Positions 17,642-27,685 of a stretch of 43,020 bases of DNA are shown one piece after another; within the stretch, counting starts at the first letter, position 1; each line of letters opens with the position of its first letter. The DNA is from a virus (taxonomy: Duplodnaviria > Heunggongvirae > Uroviricota > Caudoviricetes): IMG/VR virus record IMGVR_UViG_2585427786_000006. The stretch is one strand, 5' to 3'. Below the pieces are notes generated by a model. That model worked only from the letters and a program-made list of their open reading frames with translations, was not told the DNA's origin and did no database searches. The position numbers and the translations under genes were made by a program.

Positions 17642-17818
17642 ATGATGAACATTGAAGAGTTAAAAACAAAAACAGAAGCAGATATTTCTGAATATATAAC
17701 AAAAAAAATCATTGAGCTTAAGAAAAAGACCGGGAAAGAAGTTACCAGTATCCAGTTTACTGCACGGGAAAAAATGACTGGTCTTGAAAGCTATGATATC
17801 AAGATTGATTTAATCTAG
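17642..17818 (+). CDS. gnsB: GnsB-like protein (57 aa)
   Basis: MNIEELKTKTEADISEYITKKIIELKKKTGKEVTSIQFTAREKMTGLESYDIKIDLI recognised as GnsA/GnsB family; AGAGGA RBS. Confidence 0.75.
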   Translation: MMNIEELKTKTEADISEYITKKIIELKKKTGKEVTSIQFTAREKMTGLESYDIKIDLI

Positions 17819-18113
17819 TCTGTTTATAGCATTAGCATCAATTTCTCATCAGATGCTATTCAACAATACAAATTACCCATAAACCTCGTTTTTACGGGGT
17901 TTTGTTATATTTAAACATTACCGAATAGGTATAAATCTCGATTGTCGATGGTATTGGTTGTGTGACAATACCTAGTCTTTTCGGTATGCCTGAAGAGAAT
18001 ACAAACGACAGATTATGTAAGGGAAACGCGCTGAATCTTTCACTCTTTCATGCTGAGTGATTTGACGTTATATTTTTAGCCGTAAGTGAAGAGCAAACGC
18101 ATGGAGCGACAAA

Positions 18114-18320
18114 ATGCATAAAGATCAATACACTGATGCCCCCTCCCAGGAGCAGGTTCGTGTAAAAACTATGCTTATTAGCACCATTTCGATGGGTTAC
18201 CCGGATGTTGTAATTGCATGTATAGAACATCAAGTGTCTCTGGAAGCATTCAGGGCAATTGAGGCCGCGTTAGTAAAGCACGATAAGAATACGAAGGATT
18301 ATTCCCTGGTGGTTGACTGA
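18114..18320 (+). CDS. hypothetical protein (68 aa)
   Basis: ORF track only; weak RBS. Confidence 0.3.
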   Translation: MHKDQYTDAPSQEQVRVKTMLISTISMGYPDVVIACIEHQVSLEAFRAIEAALVKHDKNTKDYSLVVD

Positions 18321-18686
18321 TCACCATAACTGCTAACCATTCTGACCATTTCACAAGTGACAGAGTCAATATCGTATTCTGTCACTGTCAGGCTAATACA
18401 GCAATGCAATTCAACTACAGCAATGCCTCGTATTTAGGTGAATTTACAATATCGTCCAGTTCGGATGCCGGCTGCATTTCTGAAGATAAGGCATTTCGGT
18501 TCTCGTATTTTCCCCTCATGCTCGTCAGTCCTGCGCGTAGTAAGAGACAGGACACTCACACTAATTTGTGTGGGCATGCTGTGATGTCCTTCTGAATTAT
18601 CCCCATGCCATTATGTAAAGCTCTGTTACAGATGCTCGTCACGGTTGTCAGGCTGTCGGGTCCTCCCAGTGGGGGGCCCTGCCACG

Positions 18687-18698
18687 GGGCGGGAGCGT
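18687..18698. other. cosN-like cohesive-end site (cos region about 18640-18870)
   Basis: GGGCGGGAGCGTCGCGG matches lambda cosN GGGCGGCGACCTCGCGG at 13 of 17 positions; lies 184 nt upstream of the terminase small-subunit start, as in lambda. Confidence 0.45.
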
Positions 18699-18882
18699 CG
18701 CGGAAAAAGGCTAGTTTTTGCATTTCCATGGTGGCGGCAGCATGTTTGGTAATTTATTGATAATTAAAAGTTATTTCTCTTTTCAGCTGTACAATATTTT
18801 TTTCTCCCTGTCATTAGACTAGTTTGCAATTAATTGAAATATATAAATAAACCTGATTTTCACCTGCCAGATGGAGTTGCTT

Positions 18883-19410
18883 ATGTCAAATGTGAGCGGG
18901 ATCGGTGATGCTTATTACTGGAGTGTTTTTAAAATCGCCGAGGCCTTTGGGCTTCACCGGGACACAGTAAAAAAACGGCTCCTCGCGGCCAACACTCCTG
19001 TGGCTGCGACTGTCAGGGGGAACCCCGTTTACGCCCTGCAGCATGTCGGGCCTGCCCTGTTTAGTGTGAAGCATGAGGCAGCAGACTCTGTTCATGATCC
19101 ATCCCGTATGGAGCCGAAAGAGAGAAAGGACTGGTACCAGTCGGAAAATGAAAGGATCAAGTTGGAAAAGGAGCAGCGAAAACTCATCCCCGTTGATGAA
19201 GTAGTCATCGTCTATTCGTCCATGAGAAAGGCTGTCGTCCAGGTTCTGGAGACAATTCCGGATGTTCTTGAACGCGATTGCGCCCTGACTCCTCAGGCCG
19301 TTGGCGTTGTACAGCAGGCCATTGATGACCTGCGATACACTCTTCAGGAAAAATCCTACGAGGCTTGTGCTGCTGAATTAATTCCTGATGAGGAAGGAGA
19401 GAGTCTCTAG
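18883..19410 (+). CDS. terminase small subunit (Nu1-like)
   Basis: N-terminal HTH-like region, central coiled-coil, acidic C-terminus; immediately upstream of terminase large subunit. Confidence 0.7.
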   Translation: MSNVSGIGDAYYWSVFKIAEAFGLHRDTVKKRLLAANTPVAATVRGNPVYALQHVGPALFSVKHEAADSVHDPSRMEPKERKDWYQSENERIKLEKEQRKLIPVDEVVIVYSSMRKAVVQVLETIPDVLERDCALTPQAVGVVQQAIDDLRYTLQEKSYEACAAELIPDEEGESL

Positions 19411-19418
19411 GAGGAATA

Positions 19419-21518
19419 ATGGGTTTTTCATCAGCCCGAAATTTGGGAAGGGACATATCGGCAGGATTTTCCCCACCACGTCGCATGCCGATTTCGGAGG
19501 CTGTTAAAAAATTCATGCGTGTTCCCAAGGGGGCTGGTAACTCGGTGCCATGGGATCCTGAACTGACACCCTACATCATTGAGCCCATGAACTGCCTGGC
19601 ATCGCGTGAATACGATGCGGTGATTTTTGTTGGTCCTGCGCGAACAGGGAAGACCATTGGTCTGATCGATGGATGGATTGTCTATACCATCGTTTGCGAT
19701 CCTTCGGACATGCTCGTTGTGCAGATGACCGAAGATAAGGCCCGCGAGCATTCAAAAAAGCGCCTCGACAGAACGTTCAGAAGCAGTGCGGCGGTAAAGA
19801 AAAGAATGAGTCCACGTCGTAATGACAATAATGTCCATGATAAGACGTTCAGGGATGGCTCGTTCCTTAAAATTGGTTGGCCCTCGGTCAACATTATGTC
19901 GTCGTCGGATTACCGGTTTGTCGCCTTAACCGATTACGACCGTTTTCCGGAGAATATCGACAGCGAGGGTGATGGTTTCTCCCTGGCCTCAAAACGTACC
20001 ACCACATTTATGTCCGCCGGGATGACTCTGGTGGAGAGCTCGCCGGGACGTGACATCTGCGACAGCAAATGGCGACGTAAGTCGCCTCATGAAGCGCCAC
20101 CGACGACTGGTATTCTTTCCCTTTACAATCGTGGTGACCGCCGCCGCTGGTACTGGCCATGTCCGCACTGCGGTGAATATTTTCAGCCAGCCATGGATGC
20201 CATGACCGGCTACCGTAATGAACCGGATCCCTTTAAAGCCAGTGAGGCGGCGTATCTACTTTGCCCGCACTGCAGCGGCATTATCACTGCGGAGAAAAAG
20301 CGTGAGCTCAATAGTGCAGGAGTCTGGTTGCGTGAAGGTCAGGTCATTGATTGTAACGGCAACGTTTCCGGTGAACCGCGCCGCTCCCGTATCGCCAGTT
20401 TCTGGATGGAAGGGCCAGCTGCTGCGTATCAGACCTGGGCGCAACTGGTTTACAAATTACTGACTGCAGAACAGGAGTATGAAGCGACAGGAAGTGAAGA
20501 AACACTCAGGGCGGTTATCAACACCGACTGGGGATTACCTTATCTTCCCCGCGCCAGCATGGAGCAACGAAAAAGTGAACTGCTTGAGCAGCGGGCAGAG
20601 CCAGTTCCTTCCCGCAGTGTGCCAGATGGCGTTAATTTTCTTGTGGCGACAGTGGATGTGCAGGCGGGACGTCATCGCCGTTTTGTGGTTCAGGTAACGG
20701 GCTATGGCAGCCGTGGCGAACGCTGGATTATTGATCGTTACAACATCACGCAGTCATTGCGCGGTGACAGCGACGGGGAGAGCCAGCGAATTGATCCGGC
20801 CAGCTATCCGGAAGACTGGGATGTCCTGCTGACGGATGTTTTTCATAAAAGCTGGCCGCTGGCCTCCGATCCTTCTCAACAAATGCGACTGATGGCAATG
20901 GCGGTGGACTCCGGCGGTGAAGACGGGGTCACTGATAATGCCTATAAATTCTGGCGTCGTTGCCGTCGTGATGGCCTTGGTAAACGTATTTACCTGTTTA
21001 AGGGCGACAGCATCCGGCGCGCAAAACTGATCACCCGTACATTCCCTGATAACACCGGACGAACGGGCCGACGGGCGCAGGCCGCAGGTGATGTGCCGCT
21101 CTGGCTTCTTCAGACGGATGCACTGAAAGACCGGGTGAATAACGCGTTATGGCGTGACTCGCCAGGTCCCGGCTATGTGCATTTCCCTGACTGGCTGGGG
21201 AGCTGGTTTTACGACGAACTGACGTATGAAGAGCGGAGCAGTGACGGGAAATGGAGTAAGCCGGGTCGCGGTGCCAACGAAGCTTTTGACCTGATGGTGT
21301 ATGCCGAGGCTCTGGTCATTCTGCATGGATACGAAAAGATCCGCTGGCCGGATGCACCGGAGTGGGCGAGCCGGGAAACCTGGCTGGAGTGTGTCCCGGA
21401 CAGTACCGAACCGTCATCCTCACCGGAACCGGTATCCACGCCTGTTAAAAAACAAAAACGGAAGAAAACAGTAACTGACGATGTTAACCCCTGGCTGACT
21501 TCCGGAGGATGGTTATGA
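19419..21518 (+). CDS. terminase large subunit (gpA-like), 699 aa
   Basis: Walker A GPARTGKT; lambda A-like N-terminus; TAGGAGG RBS. Confidence 0.9.
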   Translation: MGFSSARNLGRDISAGFSPPRRMPISEAVKKFMRVPKGAGNSVPWDPELTPYIIEPMNCLASREYDAVIFVGPARTGKTIGLIDGWIVYTIVCDPSDMLVVQMTEDKAREHSKKRLDRTFRSSAAVKKRMSPRRNDNNVHDKTFRDGSFLKIGWPSVNIMSSSDYRFVALTDYDRFPENIDSEGDGFSLASKRTTTFMSAGMTLVESSPGRDICDSKWRRKSPHEAPPTTGILSLYNRGDRRRWYWPCPHCGEYFQPAMDAMTGYRNEPDPFKASEAAYLLCPHCSGIITAEKKRELNSAGVWLREGQVIDCNGNVSGEPRRSRIASFWMEGPAAAYQTWAQLVYKLLTAEQEYEATGSEETLRAVINTDWGLPYLPRASMEQRKSELLEQRAEPVPSRSVPDGVNFLVATVDVQAGRHRRFVVQVTGYGSRGERWIIDRYNITQSLRGDSDGESQRIDPASYPEDWDVLLTDVFHKSWPLASDPSQQMRLMAMAVDSGGEDGVTDNAYKFWRRCRRDGLGKRIYLFKGDSIRRAKLITRTFPDNTGRTGRRAQAAGDVPLWLLQTDALKDRVNNALWRDSPGPGYVHFPDWLGSWFYDELTYEERSSDGKWSKPGRGANEAFDLMVYAEALVILHGYEKIRWPDAPEWASRETWLECVPDSTEPSSSPEPVSTPVKKQKRKKTVTDDVNPWLTSGGWL

Positions 21519-21727
21519 ACCAGAATGATATCGAAGCCATGATTCAGCGTTATACGGAAGCTGAAATGGCGGTGCTGGACGGAAAATCCGTCACCTTTAA
21601 TGGTCAGCAGATGACCATGGAAAACTTATCTGAGATCAGGCAGGGACGGCAGGAGTGGGAGCGCCGCCTTGCGGCTCTGATTACACGACGACGGGGGCAT
21701 CCCGGGTATCGGCTGGCGAGGTTCTGA
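21515..21727 (+). CDS. head-tail joining protein gpW-like
   Basis: About 70 aa ending ...RRRGHPGYRLARF as in lambda W; ATGA overlap with terminase stop. Confidence 0.7.
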   Translation: MNQNDIEAMIQRYTEAEMAVLDGKSVTFNGQQMTMENLSEIRQGRQEWERRLAALITRRRGHPGYRLARF

Positions 21728-23202
21728 TGGCAATTCTTGATGATGTGATTGGCGTTTTTTCACCAGGATGGAAAGCGGCAAGGCTGCGTTCCCGTGCGGT
21801 GATCCAGGCTTATGAGGCCGTAAAAACGACGCGGACACACAAAGCCCGACGGGAGAACCGAACTGCCGACCAGTTAAGCCAGTACGGGGCCGTGTCGTTA
21901 CGTGAGCAGGCCCGTTACCTTGATAACAACCACGATCTGGTTATTGGTGTATTTGACAAGCTGGAAGAACGGGTGGTGGGGAAAAACGGGATTATTGTCG
22001 AGCCACATCCGGTATTACGCAATGGGGCCATTGCCCGTGACCTGGCTGCGGAGATTCGCACCCGATGGAGTGAATGGTCTGTCAGCCCGGAAGTCACCGG
22101 GCAGTTTACCCGTCCGATGCTGGAACGTCTGATGCTTCGTACCTGGCTGCGCGATGGTGAGGTGTTTGCCCAGATGGTTTCCGGGCGCATAAACAGCCTG
22201 ACGCCTTCTGCCGGTGTTCATTTCTGGCTGGAGGCGCTCGAGCCGGACTTTATTCCCATGACCAGTGATGAGAGCAACAGGCTGAATCAGGGCGTGTTTG
22301 TTGATGACTGGGGGCGTCCCGAAAAATATCTGGTGTATAAAAGTCGTCCTGTATCCGGACGGCAGATGGAAACCAAAGAAGTGGATGCAGAGCGAATGCT
22401 GCATCTTAAATTTGTTCGCCGTCTGCACCAGATGCGCGGGACGTCTTTATTGTCCGGTGTGCTGATCCGCCTCAGCGCCCTGAAAGAGTATGAAGATTCT
22501 GAGCTGACTGCAGCAAGGGTCGCCGCTGCTCTGGGGATGTACATCCGCAAAGGCGACGGACAGAGCTATGAAACGGATGGTAATGACAGCAAGGAGAATG
22601 AACGCGAGCTTACCATTCAGCCAGGCATTATTTACGACGATCTGAAACCCGGCGAAGAAATCGGAATGGTGAAGTCGGATCGCCCAAATCCTAACCTTGA
22701 AACTTTTCGTAATGCTCAGTTGCGTGCCGTGGCGGCGGGCAGTCGTCTGAGTTTTTCCAGTACAGCGCGCAACTATAACGGCACTTACAGCGCCCAGCGT
22801 CAGGAGCTGGTTGAATCCACTGATGGCTACCTGATCCTGCAGGACTGGTTTATTGGTGCCGTCACCCGCCCGATGTATCGTGCCTGGCTGAAACAGGCTG
22901 TGGCATCCGGTGTTATCAGGCTACCCCGCGATCTTGACCGTTCTTCACTGTATACCGCGGTGTATTCCGGACCGGTGATGCCGTGGATTGACCCTGTTAA
23001 GGAGGCTGAGGCCTGGAAAATCCAGATTCGTGGTGGAGCGGCGACAGAATCAGACTGGGTACGTGCAGGTGGTCGTAATCCGGATGATGTCAAACGTCGG
23101 CGCAAGGCCGAAATTGATGAAAACCGCAAGCTGGACCTGGTATTTGATACCGATCCGGCCAGTGATAAAGGAGGCAGCAGTGCCGCAACGAAACGACAGT
23201 AG
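21727..23202 (+). CDS. portal protein (gpB-like)
   Basis: ATG overlaps gpW stop; about 490 aa with lambda-B-like features. Confidence 0.85.
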   Translation: MAILDDVIGVFSPGWKAARLRSRAVIQAYEAVKTTRTHKARRENRTADQLSQYGAVSLREQARYLDNNHDLVIGVFDKLEERVVGKNGIIVEPHPVLRNGAIARDLAAEIRTRWSEWSVSPEVTGQFTRPMLERLMLRTWLRDGEVFAQMVSGRINSLTPSAGVHFWLEALEPDFIPMTSDESNRLNQGVFVDDWGRPEKYLVYKSRPVSGRQMETKEVDAERMLHLKFVRRLHQMRGTSLLSGVLIRLSALKEYEDSELTAARVAAALGMYIRKGDGQSYETDGNDSKENERELTIQPGIIYDDLKPGEEIGMVKSDRPNPNLETFRNAQLRAVAAGSRLSFSSTARNYNGTYSAQRQELVESTDGYLILQDWFIGAVTRPMYRAWLKQAVASGVIRLPRDLDRSSLYTAVYSGPVMPWIDPVKEAEAWKIQIRGGAATESDWVRAGGRNPDDVKRRRKAEIDENRKLDLVFDTDPASDKGGSSAATKRQ

Positions 23203-25207
23203 CCGCAGTACACCGACGACCAGTCCGAAGAATAATTCCTGGTTCAGGATGCAGGCTGGTCACCAGAGTGACGCGGATATTTATATTTATGACGAGATTG
23301 GTTTCTGGGGTGTTACAGCGAAGCAGTTTATCAGTGATCTGAATGCACTGGGCGATATCACCCACATTAATCTCCATATCAATTCACCGGGTGGCGATGT
23401 CTTTGAAGGCATCGCCATTTTTAATGCGCTGAAAACACATGGTGCGTCCATTACCGTTTATGTCGACGGTGTGGCGGCATCAATGGCGTCGGTCATTGCG
23501 ATGGTGGGAAACCCGGTCATTATGCCGGAAAACACCTTCATGATGATTCATAAACCATTTGGCTTTACGGGCGGTGATGCGGAGGACATGCGCACCTATG
23601 CCGACCTGCTCGATAAAGTTGAGGCGGTTCTGTTACCCGCTTATGCACAGAAAACCGGGAAAACCACCGATGAAATTGCTGCCATGCTGGCGGATGAGAC
23701 CTGGATGTCCGGTGCCGAATGTCTGGCACATGGATTTGCTGATCAGGTAACGCCAGCCGTTAAGGCAATGGCATGTATTCAGTCAAAACGTACAGAGGAA
23801 TTTAAAAAGATGCCGGAATCCATTCGAAACATGATTACTCCGCCACGCAACAGTGCTCCACGCGTACAGGATAATGAACCTGAAGCCTCCCGGACGCCAG
23901 TGCAGGCAGCAGCACCCGTGGTGGATGAAAACAGCATCCGTGCGCAGGTACTGGCAGAGCAAAAAGCGCGTGTAAACGGTATTAATGATCTGTTTGCCAT
24001 GTTTGGCGGGCGTTATCAGACGCTGCAGGCTCAGTGTCTTGCCGATCCTGAATGTTCGCTGGAGCAGGCCCGCGAAAAGCTGTTGAACGAGATGGGGCGC
24101 GAGTCCACGCCATCCAATAAAAATACCCCGGCTCATATTTATGCCGGTAACGGTAATTTTGTGGGGGACGGGATCCGCCAGGCGCTGATGGCGCGTGCCG
24201 GATTTGAAAAAACCGAACGTGATAATGTCTACAACGGGATGACCCTGCGTGAATATGCCCGTATGTCACTGACTGAACGGGGTATTGGGGTTTCCAGTTA
24301 TAACCCGATGCAGATGGTCGGTGCGGCGTTCACACACAGTACGTCTGACTTCGGTAATATTCTGCTGGATGTTGCGAACAAAGCCATTCTGCAGGGCTGG
24401 GAAGATGCCCCTGAAACCTATGAACAGTGGACGCGGACAGGTCAGTTGTCTGATTTTAAAATTGCCCATCGTGTGGGTATGGGGGGCTTCAGTGCTCTGC
24501 GTCAGGTGCGTGAAGGGGCGGAATATAAATACGTCACCACCGGAGATAAACAGGCCACTATTGCACTGGCGACCTATGGCGAGCTGTTCAGTATCACCCG
24601 TCAGGCCATTATCAATGATTATCTGAATATGCTGACCGATGTCCCGATGAAGTTGGGCCGTGCGGCGAAATCCACTATTGCCGATCTGGTTTATGCCATT
24701 CTGACGTCTAACCCGAAAATCTCCACAGATAATGTAAGTCTGTTCGATAAAGCGAAACATGCAAACGTACTGGAGAGCGCTGCAATGGACGTGGCATCGC
24801 TGGATAAAGCCCGCCAGTTGATGCGCGTTCAGAAAGAGGGGGAGCGTCATCTGAATATTCGTCCTGCGTTCGTACTGGTACCGACGGCGATGGAGTCTGT
24901 TGCTAACCAGGTCATTCGCTCCTCAAGTGTCAAGGGGGCTGACATTAACGCCGGTATTATTAACCCGGTGAAAGATTTTGCGACCGTTATTGCAGAGCCT
25001 CGTCTTGATGATAACAGCCAGACCACCTTCTACCTGGCTGCGTCAAAAGGCTCCGATACGATTGAAGTGGCTTATCTCAACGGTGTGGATACGCCATATA
25101 TTGATCAGATGGAGGGCTTCAGTGTGGATGGCGTGACAACGAAAGTGCGTATTGACGCCGGTGTCGCGCCAGTTGATCACCGCGGTCTGGTGAAATGTAC
25201 GGCGTAA
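23180..25207 (+). CDS. prohead protease (ClpP/S49-like)-major capsid protein fusion
   Basis: N-terminal protease motifs (IYIYDEIGFWG, INSPGGDVFEG, YVDGVAASMASVI), C-terminal HK97-fold capsid-like domain; AAAGGAGG then GTG start (alternative ATG at 23249). Confidence 0.8.
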   Translation: MPQRNDSSRSTPTTSPKNNSWFRMQAGHQSDADIYIYDEIGFWGVTAKQFISDLNALGDITHINLHINSPGGDVFEGIAIFNALKTHGASITVYVDGVAASMASVIAMVGNPVIMPENTFMMIHKPFGFTGGDAEDMRTYADLLDKVEAVLLPAYAQKTGKTTDEIAAMLADETWMSGAECLAHGFADQVTPAVKAMACIQSKRTEEFKKMPESIRNMITPPRNSAPRVQDNEPEASRTPVQAAAPVVDENSIRAQVLAEQKARVNGINDLFAMFGGRYQTLQAQCLADPECSLEQAREKLLNEMGRESTPSNKNTPAHIYAGNGNFVGDGIRQALMARAGFEKTERDNVYNGMTLREYARMSLTERGIGVSSYNPMQMVGAAFTHSTSDFGNILLDVANKAILQGWEDAPETYEQWTRTGQLSDFKIAHRVGMGGFSALRQVREGAEYKYVTTGDKQATIALATYGELFSITRQAIINDYLNMLTDVPMKLGRAAKSTIADLVYAILTSNPKISTDNVSLFDKAKHANVLESAAMDVASLDKARQLMRVQKEGERHLNIRPAFVLVPTAMESVANQVIRSSSVKGADINAGIINPVKDFATVIAEPRLDDNSQTTFYLAASKGSDTIEVAYLNGVDTPYIDQMEGFSVDGVTTKVRIDAGVAPVDHRGLVKCTA

Positions 25208-25230
25208 ACGTCGCAGACAACAACTCTGAT

Positions 25231-25250
25231 GGCCCGTAAGGGCTTTTTTT
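25231..25250 (+). terminator. weak intrinsic terminator after the capsid gene
   Basis: GCCC-GTAA-GGGC short hairpin plus T7; second hairpin AGCCCC-TGAA-CGGGGCT at 25263-25279. Confidence 0.35.
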
Positions 25251-25293
25251 GTACCTGAAATCAGCCCCTGAACGGGGCTGTGCGGAGACAGTT

Positions 25294-25617
25294 ATGGCAA
25301 AGAATTTTGTAGAAGAAGGAAAAACGGTGGCGATTGTTGCCAGTGCAGCCATCAGCAGCGGAGATCTGGTGCAGGTGGGTGATGTTTTTGCGGTAGCGCT
25401 GACCGATATTCCACAGGGTGAAACAGGCGACGGCCTGACCGAAGGTGTGTTTATGCTGCCTAAGCTGAAAACGGATGACATGAAAACGGGTAAGAAGGTT
25501 TATCTGAAGTCCGGAAAAGTTCAGTTGACTAACAGCGGCTCTGATCCGCTGGTCGGGGTTGTCTGGGCAGATGCCGGAACCAGTGCAGAAGAAGTGCCGG
25601 TAAAACTCAATGTCTGA
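25294..25617 (+). CDS. head-associated protein (107 aa), possible decoration/DUF2190-like
   Basis: Position between capsid and FII-like genes; GGAGACAGTT then ATG. Confidence 0.45.
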   Translation: MAKNFVEEGKTVAIVASAAISSGDLVQVGDVFAVALTDIPQGETGDGLTEGVFMLPKLKTDDMKTGKKVYLKSGKVQLTNSGSDPLVGVVWADAGTSAEEVPVKLNV

Positions 25618-25885
25618 TCCCTTTTCCCGGCTGGCAGCGCGTATGGATGCGATCACGGTCAGAAAGATGGGAAAGACAGCCTCGATTAATGATGTCGATA
25701 TGACTGTGATCCCGGGAGAAACACTGGCAGAGCTGAATGCTCTGTCCGGACCTGCGGTCTCTCTGGTGGTGTTTTCTTCGGGATACCGCCCACGGCGCGG
25801 GGATCGCGTTGTTTATGACGGACAACAATGGACGGTCACACGGCATGAACGTTTTAACGGTAAGCCAATGATCTTTATTGAGTAA
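25610..25885 (+). CDS. head-tail joining protein, gpFII-like (91 aa)
   Basis: Resembles lambda FII (RRGD, W.V.R motifs); gene order. Confidence 0.5.
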   Translation: MSDPFSRLAARMDAITVRKMGKTASINDVDMTVIPGETLAELNALSGPAVSLVVFSSGYRPRRGDRVVYDGQQWTVTRHERFNGKPMIFIE

Positions 25886-25896
25886 AGAGGTGTGGG

Positions 25897-26475
25897 ATGA
25901 AGGGGCTTGAGAATGCCATCCGTAATCTGAACAGCCTTGATACCCGTATGGTGCCACAGGCCAGCGCATGGGCGATAAACCGTGTGGCACAGAAAGCGGT
26001 CTCGGTCGCCACCCGGCAGGTTGCCGGGAATACCGTTGCGGGAGATAACCAGGTGAAAGGGATCCCCCTGAAACTGGTACGTCAGCGTGTCCGGGTGTTT
26101 AAAGCCAGTCCGTCAGGAAAAATGACGGCCAGGATCCGCGTTAACCGGGGCAATCTGCCCGCTATTAAGCTGGGGACAGCCCGGGTCAGACTGGCCCGGC
26201 GTGGTGGAAAACTGCAGTACCGTGGCAGTGTGCTGAAGGTGGGTAAATATCTTTTCCGGGATGCGTTTATTCAGCAACTGGCGAATGGTCGCTGGCATGT
26301 GATGCGGCGTATTGATGGCAAAAATCGTTACCCCATTGATGTGGTGAAAGTCCCGCTGTCCGGACCGCTGACACAGGCATTTGAAGATGCCCGCGACCGC
26401 ATTATTGCTGCGGAAATGCCGAAACAGCTGGGGTATGCACTGAAACAACAACTGAGGTTATGGCTGACCCGATGA
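25897..26475 (+). CDS. tail completion protein gpZ-like (192 aa)
   Basis: Same length and clear similarity to lambda Z (...NGRWHVMRRIDGKNRYPIDVVKVP...). Confidence 0.7.
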   Translation: MKGLENAIRNLNSLDTRMVPQASAWAINRVAQKAVSVATRQVAGNTVAGDNQVKGIPLKLVRQRVRVFKASPSGKMTARIRVNRGNLPAIKLGTARVRLARRGGKLQYRGSVLKVGKYLFRDAFIQQLANGRWHVMRRIDGKNRYPIDVVKVPLSGPLTQAFEDARDRIIAAEMPKQLGYALKQQLRLWLTR

Positions 26476-26873
26476 ACCGACATACACAAATCCGCCAGGC
26501 CGTACTGGCACGCCTTCGGGAACAGTGTGGAGACAGCGCCACGTTTTTTGACGGGCTTCCGGCATTTATTGATGCGCAGGAACTGCCTGCCGTGGCGGTG
26601 TGGCTGAGTGATGCTCAGTACACCGGAAAAATGACGGATGAAGATGACTGGCAGGCTGTTCTGCATATTGCTGTCTTCATCCGGGCACAGGCACCGGATT
26701 CAGAGCTGGATATGTGGATGGAGAGCACCATTTTCCCGGCTCTGAATGATATACCGGCACTTTCCGGACTCATCGACACCCTGATCCCTCTCGGTTTTAA
26801 CTATCAACGTGATAATGAGATGGCCACCTGGGCGATGGCGGAAATCACGTACCAGATCACGTACACGAATTAA
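26460..26873 (+). CDS. tail terminator gpU-like
   Basis: ...ATFFDGLPAFIDAQELPAVAVWLSDAQYTG...SELDMWMES...DIPALSGLI as in lambda U. Confidence 0.8.
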   Translation: MADPMNRHTQIRQAVLARLREQCGDSATFFDGLPAFIDAQELPAVAVWLSDAQYTGKMTDEDDWQAVLHIAVFIRAQAPDSELDMWMESTIFPALNDIPALSGLIDTLIPLGFNYQRDNEMATWAMAEITYQITYTN

Positions 26874-26884
26874 AGGAGGTGGCA

Positions 26885-27628
26885 ATGACCACACCAAATC
26901 CACTGGCAAAAACGAAAGGTGCGGGAACGACGTTCTGGATGTACACCGGCAAGGGCGATGCGTTTGCGAACCCTTTATCGGACACTGACTGGCTGCGTCT
27001 TGCGATGGTGAAGGATCTGCAACCTGGCGAAATGACCGCTGATGCAGAAGATGACACTTATCTCGATGATGAAGATGCAGACTGGAAAACGACAACCCAG
27101 GGGCAGAAATCCGTCGGTGATACTTCGGCGACGCTGGCCTGGCGTCCGGGTGACAGCGGGCAGAAAAAACTGGTTCAGTTGTTCGACTCCGGTGAAGTCT
27201 GCGCGTTTCGTATCAAATATCCCAACGGCACTGTTGATGTTTTCCGTGGCTGGCTGAGCTCACTGGGTAAAACCATTGCCTCAAAAGACGTGATGACCCG
27301 CACAGTGAAAATCAGCGGTGTGGGGCGTCCGCATCTGGCAGAGGAAGGCACTGAAACAGTGAGCGTTACCGGGCTGACGGTGGCACCAGCATCTGCCAGT
27401 GTAAAAGTGGGAGCAACCACCACGCTGACCTTTACAGTAAAACCTGACGGAGCCAGTGACAAAGCGATCAGTGTACATTCGACAGATCCACAGACTGCCA
27501 CGGTGACCCTGAACGGGCTTGTGGCCACGGTGAAAGGCGTGAAGCAGGGCAGTGTCAGCATTGTGGGCATGACTTCTGACGGCGATTTTGTGGCCGTGGC
27601 TGCGGTGGCTGTCAGCGCCGCAGGTTAA
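26885..27628 (+). CDS. major tail protein gpV-like with C-terminal Ig-like domain
   Basis: ...KGAGTTFWMYTGKGDAFANPLSDTDW...YLDDEDADWKTT... as in lambda V; AAGGAGG RBS. Confidence 0.9.
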   Translation: MTTPNPLAKTKGAGTTFWMYTGKGDAFANPLSDTDWLRLAMVKDLQPGEMTADAEDDTYLDDEDADWKTTTQGQKSVGDTSATLAWRPGDSGQKKLVQLFDSGEVCAFRIKYPNGTVDVFRGWLSSLGKTIASKDVMTRTVKISGVGRPHLAEEGTETVSVTGLTVAPASASVKVGATTTLTFTVKPDGASDKAISVHSTDPQTATVTLNGLVATVKGVKQGSVSIVGMTSDGDFVAVAAVAVSAAG

Positions 27629-27648
27629 CAGGACGATACTCATCATTT

Positions 27649-27672
27649 GCCCCGGTTATCCGGGGCTTTTTT
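27649..27672 (+). terminator. intrinsic terminator after the major tail gene
   Basis: GCCCCGG-TTAT-CCGGGGC hairpin plus T6. Confidence 0.5.
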
Positions 27673-27685
27673 GCAGGTGGAGAAC

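Noticed and set aside
18404-18595. 63-aa ORF upstream of cos
   Set aside because: No RBS, low-complexity translation, lies in the presumptive cosQ-proximal non-coding region
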